DNA from: Spirochaetota bacterium
GTDB lineage: Bacteria > Spirochaetota > Spirochaetia > B11-G9
DNA: 60,168 nt
NCBI GenBank assembly: GCA_024280415.1
Contig: JAJRQE010000088.1
Coordinates: forward strand, 1 to 60,168
Reading direction: 5' to 3'
How positions within the stretch are numbered: the stretch's first letter is position 1; the number at the start of each line of letters is the position of its first letter. The position numbers and the translations under genes were made by a program. Shown here one piece after another: positions 53,608-60,168 of this stretch. The notes beneath the pieces were generated by a model, which was not told the origin of the DNA, did not search any database, and worked only from the letters and a program-made list of their open reading frames with translations.

Positions 53608-54825
53608 ATGCATGACCCAGAGAATAACTCAAATAGAGATACCTTTAGTTCTGCTAAAGTATTTTTCCATGTGGATATGGATGCTTTTTATGCCTCAGTT
53701 GAGCAGTCTGATAACCCTGAGTATAGAGGGAAACCTGTTATTATTGGAGCAAGTCCAGGGAAAAGGGGTGTTGTTTCCGCATGCTCCTATGAAGCCAGAA
53801 AATTCGGTATTCACTCAGCTATGCCTATCTCCCAGGCATACGCAAGATGCAGGAATGGAATATACCTTCCTGTCAGAATGAAACGGTATCAGGAAATTTC
53901 CAGACAAATAATGGAAATTTTTGACGATTTTACCCCGGAAGTATTACAGATATCTATTGATGAAGCCTTTCTCAATATGACGGGTACAGAAAAACTTTTT
54001 GGTTCTCCGACTGAAGCAGCGGAAAAAATTAAATTAACAATCAAAGAAAAAACCAATCTTAATACATCCATTGGGATTGCCCATAATAAATTCCTCGCAA
54101 AACTTGCCTCTGATCATGATAAACCAGATGGCCTGTATGAAGTTCAAAAAGGTTATGAAATTGATTTTCTTAACTCAATAAAACTTGGAGATCTCTGGGG
54201 ATTGGGTAAAAAAACACTTATCCTACTTGAAAATATAAATATAACAACAGTTCAAGAGCTGAGGGCTGTTAAACTGAGAGATTTAAAGCATATTACCGGT
54301 AATTCATCAGGAGAATTTCTATTTAACATTGTCCGGGGGGTTGATCCGGGAATTTACAGCGGTAAAATAAAAAAACCTTCTGTCAGTAACGAAATAACTT
54401 TTGAGGAAGATACGGAAAACAGTGAATTAATTAAACTGACAATCCTGGAACTTGCCCATAAAATATTCTTCAGGATCCTTGAGAGTGGAGAGAAAGGGAG
54501 GACAGTTCAACTGAAACTGCGGTTTACGGATTTCACAACTGTCACAATCAGAGAAACTCTTGAATATTCAGTTAATTCCGGAGAGGAACTGTATAAACTC
54601 GCTGTAAAACTTCTGGAGAAGAAATGGGACGGATTAACAGCAGTCAGGCTCATCGGGCTGGGACTCAGTTCACTGGAAAGTAACAAAACACCTGACCAGA
54701 TCGAACTTTTTCCCAATACCTACGATCAGGCAAGAAAAGTGGAACAGGTTGTTCTTGATATAAAAAAGAGGGGAAGTAAACTTACCAAGGCAAGTCTGTT
54801 AAAGCATACCAGGGATGATTCATAA
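53608..54825 (+). CDS. dinB: DNA polymerase IV (Y-family)
   Basis: FFHVDMDAFYASVEQ, SIDEAFL and a little-finger C-terminus. The track ORF begins at TTG 53551, but ATG 53608 gives a standard N-terminus. Confidence 0.9.
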   Translation: MHDPENNSNRDTFSSAKVFFHVDMDAFYASVEQSDNPEYRGKPVIIGASPGKRGVVSACSYEARKFGIHSAMPISQAYARCRNGIYLPVRMKRYQEISRQIMEIFDDFTPEVLQISIDEAFLNMTGTEKLFGSPTEAAEKIKLTIKEKTNLNTSIGIAHNKFLAKLASDHDKPDGLYEVQKGYEIDFLNSIKLGDLWGLGKKTLILLENINITTVQELRAVKLRDLKHITGNSSGEFLFNIVRGVDPGIYSGKIKKPSVSNEITFEEDTENSELIKLTILELAHKIFFRILESGEKGRTVQLKLRFTDFTTVTIRETLEYSVNSGEELYKLAVKLLEKKWDGLTAVRLIGLGLSSLESNKTPDQIELFPNTYDQARKVEQVVLDIKKRGSKLTKASLLKHTRDDS

Positions 54826-54848
54826 ATCACCCCTGTGTTAACTTTTGA

Positions 54849-55754
54849 CTACTTCCATTCTCCAAGAAGTTCTGTTGCTTCCTCTATGTCATCAAAATCC
54901 CCGGGTTTTTTATTGGAAAGATTTTTAAGCTCAGAAAGCATCCATGTCAGAATTGCAACTGCCTCATCACGATCAGACATATTTTTAAGTCCTGCAGAAC
55001 TGTAGGCAGTTGGCTTTGTTAAATCAACAAGTCCGTCATAATACCAGTTTTTTTCCAGAACACTACTCTTTGAATCAAACTTCCTCTGCTGTTTTTTCTG
55101 TTCACTTATACGCTTTCCGCTCTTCCAGTTTCTGTTCCATAGGTGTTTTGCCAATTCAAGGTAGTAGGAATATTCGTAGTCCCTGTAAAGTTCATCCTGA
55201 TTATCTATGGACTTTCGACCAAGGGAAACTGCATACTGTTTATTTCCAAAACTGATAACCCCTGGAACAGAATCGTAAAGCATTCCGAGTACCTTATAGG
55301 AATCTCCATGGGAAGGATTACTCTCTATGGCTTTAGCAAGATCGTTCCTCATGTCACCGGCTTTAAAAAGAGAATCAAGAATACCTTTTGTCTGCCCCCA
55401 TCTTCCAATATTAGCAGCCCGCCAGTAATATGCATTGTAATTATTAGGGTTAAAAGATAAAGACTGGGTTGCATAGTCCCATCCTTTTTTAAACTCTGTA
55501 AGAAGCTCATTTTTCGAGGCTCCATCCCTTTCAAGCTGATCTGTAAGTAGCAGTGCTGTCCTTGACATCCTCCAGAGGATCTCCGATTTTTCGCTGCTGC
55601 TCACTGCAGTGTCCATCTCGGACTCCAGCAGCTTAAACTCTCCTGTGTAGTTTGTAATTTCATGAAGTCTGTCGGCTTCCACCATCTGTGCATTTCCCGC
55701 AAAAAGAGAAAAAGTAAGAATAACAGATAAAATAATCATCAATATCTTCTTCAT
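54849..55754 (-). CDS. secreted helical-repeat (TPR-like) protein, function unknown
   Basis: Signal peptide MKKILMIILSVILTFSLFAG. Helical repeats with YYWRAANIGRWG and SYKVLGMLY. Confidence 0.6.
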   Translation of the reverse strand: MKKILMIILSVILTFSLFAGNAQMVEADRLHEITNYTGEFKLLESEMDTAVSSSEKSEILWRMSRTALLLTDQLERDGASKNELLTEFKKGWDYATQSLSFNPNNYNAYYWRAANIGRWGQTKGILDSLFKAGDMRNDLAKAIESNPSHGDSYKVLGMLYDSVPGVISFGNKQYAVSLGRKSIDNQDELYRDYEYSYYLELAKHLWNRNWKSGKRISEQKKQQRKFDSKSSVLEKNWYYDGLVDLTKPTAYSSAGLKNMSDRDEAVAILTWMLSELKNLSNKKPGDFDDIEEATELLGEWK

Positions 55755-55849
55755 AAAAACTCCTTTAATAATTATCTTTGCCAGTATACCATAGATTATT
55801 TACATTTCAATTAAGGTTCTTTCAAAAATTTGTTTTCAGAGAGCCTTAA

Positions 55850-57154
55850 TTAATACTTCGATTTTACAGGGTTCTGCTGAATACCTAATTTATAAACTTC
55901 AATCCGATGATCGAGGAAATCTGTAAATGCAATAATATCCCCAAATGGAGAAACAGCAAGCCCCGTAGGCTGATTTCCTCCCCATGTCCAGTCAGTTATT
56001 TCCCCTGCAGATATATCATACAGGTAGATTTTGCCGAACACAGGCCCCTTTTGAAGATAACCATTTTTACTATTACGTCCCCTGGAGGAAATAAAAAGCA
56101 GATTCTTTCCGTTTAAGATTTTGATGGTATTAATATTATTCCCTGCATAAAAAGATTTTTCCACCCTGTCTGTATCTAAATTTAAAATAGAAACAGTACC
56201 ATAGTACATATCGGAAACGAACAGATGGCTTTTGTCATCAGAGATAACAATGTGCCGGAGTGCTCCGTCCCCAAGGTCAATATTTTTTATAAGTTCCATT
56301 TTAACTGTGTCAATCTTATTTATATCTCCGGATGTGAAATTTGCTGCATAGAGTAGTGACTCATCATCCGAAACAACCATCCCCCGGGGGATTCCGTTTA
56401 CAGGGATTATACCAAGTAAACTATAATTTTTTGTATCGATAACAGAAATAGTCCTGCTTTCCCAGTTGGAAATATATGCAGTATCCTCCTGTCCGTTAAG
56501 AGCAATAACCTTGGGCCAGGATCCTCCGCTGTCAAAACTCTGCTTATAACTCCAATCCGAGGTATCAAAAACATGAATCATTCCGGTGGTCATCTGACTT
56601 ACCCAGAGTTCATCCCTTGTATTGAAAAAAACTGTCTCCACAAATCCCTTTTTACCGCTCCACTTGTCAGGAGGATAGAGACTGCGGTAAAGAGCCATAT
56701 CCCCGGTAGAATAGATCTCAACCCCCCTGCCGTTCAGCAGTGCTACTGCCATATATTTCCCGTCCGGAGAAAACTCAATACTTTTCGGCTGATTTCCGGT
56801 ATTGATAAAATCCAGAAACTGCATTCCTGTATCTATCCGTTCCAGCTTTATTTCCAATATTTCCCCGACTGTTTCAGATATATCTGAGACAGTCGTAATA
56901 TTATCCCCTGGAATTGATACATACTTATCGCGAAATCCACTGGAACGAATATAAAACATCCTTTCTTCCCTGGGAAACTGATAGGTCTTTATATTCTCCT
57001 CTATTGAAACAGGTTCATATAGTTTAGTATGGGAATGGATCTCATACTCCCCGGGAAAGACCTTGAGAGAAAGAGTAATGCTTTCAGATTCTACTGCGGA
57101 AATAAAAAATGTAAAAGTAAAAATGAGAATAGAGTAAAAAGACAAGGCTTTCAT
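55850..57154 (-). CDS. secreted YVTN/YncE-like beta-propeller protein
   Basis: Signal peptide ILIFTFTFFISAVES. Repeats such as PKSIEFSPDGKYMAVAL, PRGMVVSDDESLLYAANF, LRHIVISDDKSHLFVSD and PTGLAVSPFGDIIAFTD. Confidence 0.7.
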   Translation of the reverse strand: MKALSFYSILIFTFTFFISAVESESITLSLKVFPGEYEIHSHTKLYEPVSIEENIKTYQFPREERMFYIRSSGFRDKYVSIPGDNITTVSDISETVGEILEIKLERIDTGMQFLDFINTGNQPKSIEFSPDGKYMAVALLNGRGVEIYSTGDMALYRSLYPPDKWSGKKGFVETVFFNTRDELWVSQMTTGMIHVFDTSDWSYKQSFDSGGSWPKVIALNGQEDTAYISNWESRTISVIDTKNYSLLGIIPVNGIPRGMVVSDDESLLYAANFTSGDINKIDTVKMELIKNIDLGDGALRHIVISDDKSHLFVSDMYYGTVSILNLDTDRVEKSFYAGNNINTIKILNGKNLLFISSRGRNSKNGYLQKGPVFGKIYLYDISAGEITDWTWGGNQPTGLAVSPFGDIIAFTDFLDHRIEVYKLGIQQNPVKSKY

Positions 57155-57591
57155 ACAGTATCAAAGTTTTCCGGTGATTCTTCGATCAGATATATTGACT
57201 CATATCTTCCTGAATCAATACATCTTCCAGCTCCTGGGAAAAGAACCTCACTGAAGTAATAGAGAACATCCTCCATATCACTGCTGTTTGTCGAAAGTGT
57301 ATATCTATAGTAACAGTCATGTCTGTTAAGGATATCCTTCCATTTGGGGTTGAACTCAAGAACAGGATCTGTCAGTTTCCGGATAGTGGACCGGAGGCCT
57401 CCGAACCATACCCTGGAGATATACATAAGATTTAAACGTTTTTTCTCATCCATATAGTAAAGCTCAAAAACTCCTGCCTCTGCAGGAACAGAACCCTTTA
57501 TTTCGTATTTTTCAGCTTTTTTCAGCCCCGACCAGACTACCGTAAAATAGGCGTCTCTCTCTTTAAGTCTTTTAATTATTTTAGTATTCAT
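57151..57591 (-). CDS. hypothetical cytoplasmic protein, 146 aa
   Basis: The ORF stop overlaps the downstream propeller gene start (ATGA). No signal peptide is present. See findings for a weak motif resemblance. Confidence 0.6.
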   Translation of the reverse strand: MNTKIIKRLKERDAYFTVVWSGLKKAEKYEIKGSVPAEAGVFELYYMDEKKRLNLMYISRVWFGGLRSTIRKLTDPVLEFNPKWKDILNRHDCYYRYTLSTNSSDMEDVLYYFSEVLFPGAGRCIDSGRYESIYLIEESPENFDTV

Positions 57592-57731
57592 TTTAATATA
57601 GAGAGTTTATCCTTACATTGTTAAAACCACAAGTGAAAACTTAACTGTAACTGATCCTATTTCATAAACATTATAAAATCTATTATGGTCAGACTCTTTC
57701 AATTCAACCCTAAAATTACTATTATATCACT

Positions 57732-58232
57732 ATGTCTGTAAATATTGTTTTAGTTGAACCGGAAATACCACAGAATACTGGGAATATTGCAAGAACCTGT
57801 GCAGCCCTGGGAGCAGAACTCCATCTCATACGTCCCCTGGGTTTCTCAGTGGATGATAAATATCTAAAAAGAGCCGGCCTCGACTACTGGAATCTTTTGA
57901 AAATAAGCTATTATGACAGCACAGAAGAATTTTTAATTACTGCCGGAAATTCCCAGCTAGTCTATGTTACTACAAAGGCAGATATTGTTTATTCTGATTT
58001 TAGATACGAAAGTGGGTGCTTTCTCCTATTCGGAAAAGAATCAAAAGGACTTCCGGAAGAACTAATCTCTCTGAACCATAAAAACTGTATAAGAATTCCT
58101 ATGGTTAATGATGCCAGGTCTCTGAATCTCTCAAACTCAGCAGCAATAGTTGCATATGAAGCACTCCGTCAGCTGGAGTTTCCAAAACTGGAAAAAGAGG
58201 GTCAACTCCACAGAATGGATTGGATTGATTAG
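57732..58232 (+). CDS. trmL: tRNA (cytidine/uridine-2'-O)-methyltransferase TrmL (SpoU family)
   Basis: IVLVEPEIPQNTGNIARTCAALGAELHLIRPLGF and the C-terminal SLNLSNSAAIVAYE knot motif. Confidence 0.9.
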   Translation: MSVNIVLVEPEIPQNTGNIARTCAALGAELHLIRPLGFSVDDKYLKRAGLDYWNLLKISYYDSTEEFLITAGNSQLVYVTTKADIVYSDFRYESGCFLLFGKESKGLPEELISLNHKNCIRIPMVNDARSLNLSNSAAIVAYEALRQLEFPKLEKEGQLHRMDWID

Positions 58233-58287
58233 TACAAAACTTATAGTATAATTTACCTGCCAGGGGTAATCAACTTAAAAGGGGAAT

Positions 58288-59091
58288 ATGATGAAAACAG
58301 GAATTATCGGTGTTGGAAATATGGGTTTTGCAATTGCAAAAGGTCTGAGAAAGAGCCATCCCCATACAGATATTGCCATAATGGATACGGACAACAAAAA
58401 GGCAGAGGAAGTTTCAAAAACCATAAGAGGGGAAAAAATACTTTCAGGAGACTACAAAGCCTTCTGTGAGTATGCTGATATTATTATCCTGGCTGTAAAG
58501 CCCCAATACCTGGATAATCTCTTTAAAGATCTTGCGGAATTCACAGGGGAGAAAAAAATCATTTCCATAGCTGCTGGTAAAACCATTAAATATTTTGAAG
58601 AAAAAACCGGAAGTACCAATATAATCAGATTTATGCCGAATATAGCAGCCACTGTTGGGGAGTCTATTGTAGCAGTAGCCTATGGGGAGAAGAGTGATCA
58701 GGAGTTCCGGCAAGAAGCAATGGTTATTGCAGAATCCATAGGAAAGGCTCTTCCCCTGGCCGAATCACAGATGTCTGCCTTTACAGGACTTTCCGGATCT
58801 GGAATTGCCTATGTTTTCTCTTTTATTCATGCCCTTGCTCTGGGGGGAACAGAACAGGGAATACCCTATAACGAATCTCTTGAAATAGCAATTCAGACTG
58901 TTAATGGGGCAACAGCTCTTCTCAGCTCCGGCATGAAAAAGGAAAACCCCATAGAGCTTTTAACAAGAGTTATTTCTGCAGGAGGCACAACAATTGCAGG
59001 GGTTAAAGCTCTGGAAAATGGGAAACTGACCTCTACAGTTATGGAAGCAGTAAAAAAAGCGAGTGCGAGGGCTCGAGAACTGGAAGATTAA
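58288..59091 (+). CDS. proC: pyrroline-5-carboxylate reductase
   Basis: IIGVGNMGFAIAKGL Rossmann fold and the C-terminal SAGGTTIAGVKALE motif. Confidence 0.9.
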   Translation: MMKTGIIGVGNMGFAIAKGLRKSHPHTDIAIMDTDNKKAEEVSKTIRGEKILSGDYKAFCEYADIIILAVKPQYLDNLFKDLAEFTGEKKIISIAAGKTIKYFEEKTGSTNIIRFMPNIAATVGESIVAVAYGEKSDQEFRQEAMVIAESIGKALPLAESQMSAFTGLSGSGIAYVFSFIHALALGGTEQGIPYNESLEIAIQTVNGATALLSSGMKKENPIELLTRVISAGGTTIAGVKALENGKLTSTVMEAVKKASARARELED

Positions 59092-60168
59092 ACCTTACCT
59101 CCGAGCTTTTCATCTATCATATCCATACTCCACCCTTTATTAACTGCTTCGGTATATAATTTTGCCCTGGATTTATCATCAGTCATTTCCACACCCTGAA
59201 GTTTCCCGTTTTTATAGTAGAATATTCTGTATTCACCTGTAGGAAGAATTGATTTCCGAACTTCCATTCCCTGTGACATTTCATCTGCAAAGGGGAGCAT
59301 GGAAAAGAAAAACTTTCCGAATATGTCCACCTTTATCCGATATTTTTTCCTGGGCCATTCCAAAAGAGTTCCTGTCATATTCTCTGCAGCAGTACGTCCC
59401 TGATCCTGAGCTGCATGCCAGTGATCGGTAAAGGTTCCCGACTCTATCCGGGTACAGTCTCCGGCAGCATATATATCAGGGAGGGATGTTTCCATTCTGG
59501 AGTTAACAATAATTCCTCTGTCAGTCTTCAGTCCACCGGATTCTGCAAGAGTTGTCCTGGGTCGGATCCCGGTGCTGTATAGGAGAAAATCATAACCCGA
59601 CTGATTAGCAGATAAAACTTTAAATTTATCCGATGAGAAAATAATATTGTCAATTTCCGTATGATAAAGAATAGAAATATCCTTTTCGATAAGTAGTTTC
59701 TCAACCAGCTCAGATATTTGCCCTGTAAAGTATCTTCTCAACAGATGGGAACCCCTTCCGGCCAGAGTTACCTTAAGACCTGCAGCCCTCAGTTGAGCTG
59801 CTGTTTCTATACCTTCGACTCCAAGACCATAGACCAGGGCCGATTTAGAAGTTTTTATATGCTTTTCCACTAGTAATGAATCAGAATAGCTTCTTATTGA
59901 TAAGGCTTTTTTAAAAATATCCGACTCCGGCCGATAGTTGTCGGCACCTGGACTAAGGAGCAGCTTTTCCCAATTTACCGTCTCACCATTACTTAACTCT
60001 GCAATTTTAATGTCAGGATTAATAGTAGTAACCCTGACATTATTGATAAGGGTAATTCTGTTTTTATCATACCATGAGGATTCCTGAAGATAGAATTTTT
60101 CTATCCCTAAACTCCCCTTATTAAAATGTTTATTTATCTTTGTCCTTTTATAGGGAAGAAACTCTTCT
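59088..60168 (-). CDS. NAD(P)/FAD-dependent pyridine nucleotide-disulfide-type oxidoreductase; 5' end outside the window
   Basis: The track lists only 59088-59870 from an internal GTG. My own translation shows the same frame stays open to the window edge: ...EEFLPYKRTKINKHF...ELSNGETVNWEKLLLSPGADNYRP...ALVYGLGVEGIETA...AAGDC. Confidence 0.8.
   Translation of the reverse strand, partial: EEFLPYKRTKINKHFNKGSLGIEKFYLQESSWYDKNRITLINNVRVTTINPDIKIAELSNGETVNWEKLLLSPGADNYRPESDIFKKALSIRSYSDSLLVEKHIKTSKSALVYGLGVEGIETAAQLRAAGLKVTLAGRGSHLLRRYFTGQISELVEKLLIEKDISILYHTEIDNIIFSSDKFKVLSANQSGYDFLLYSTGIRPRTTLAESGGLKTDRGIIVNSRMETSLPDIYAAGDCTRIESGTFTDHWHAAQDQGRTAAENMTGTLLEWPRKKYRIKVDIFGKFFFSMLPFADEMSQGMEVRKSILPTGEYRIFYYKNGKLQGVEMTDDKSRAKLYTEAVNKGWSMDMIDEKLGGKV

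Noticed and set aside
1-60168. Window-wide search for mobile elements, prophage genes, CRISPR arrays, rRNA or tRNA genes, or defence islands
   Set aside because: No integrase, transposase or Cas-like ORFs were seen. There are no repeat arrays beyond those listed and no cloverleaf candidates in the few gaps over 100 bp. Composition appears uniform by eye, although it was not computed.

Overview
AT-rich, densely coding chromosomal backbone with about 55 genes on both strands. I found no rRNA, tRNA, CRISPR array, transposase, integrase or obvious prophage or island boundary. Gene content and order fit a spirochete-like bacterium: rpsB-tsf-frr-uppS-cdsA-dxr-rseP without pyrH, rpsF-ssb-rpsR-(membrane protein)-rplI-dnaB, many spirochete-style lipoboxes and a FemAB-type transferase. 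This assignment is inferred, not searched. Recognisable housekeeping genes are glpK with a DeoR regulator, fused aroD-aroE, an ABC-F ATPase, xth, maf, ogt, hisI, dxs, murD, murE, ddl, metG, hflKC, dinB, trmL and proC. There is also a GlpA-like FAD oxidoreductase, a nitroreductase, a Phd/VapC toxin-antitoxin pair and a solitary DPPY DNA methyltransferase. I could not establish a clear-cut novel multi-gene system from sequence alone. The best leads are: (1) an outer-membrane-type gene separated from its own signal peptide by a frameshift at an A6/T6 tract; (2) two tandem 43-bp GC-rich GGA-loop hairpins between the YybS-like gene and rplI; (3) a 29-codon bS22-like gene too short for the ORF track; (4) an in-frame TAA in a HEAT-repeat gene, followed by 45 open codons and then a hairpin; (5) a GC-enriched 204-bp ssb-rpsR spacer holding a 46-codon ORF or structured RNA; (6) several genes with sigma70-like -10 boxes only 6-9 nt from an SD-less ATG, suggesting leaderless mRNAs; (7) an orphan hisI coupled to an unknown acidic protein; and (8) several operons of unknown secreted proteins. 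All family assignments come from motif recognition by eye, with no database search.
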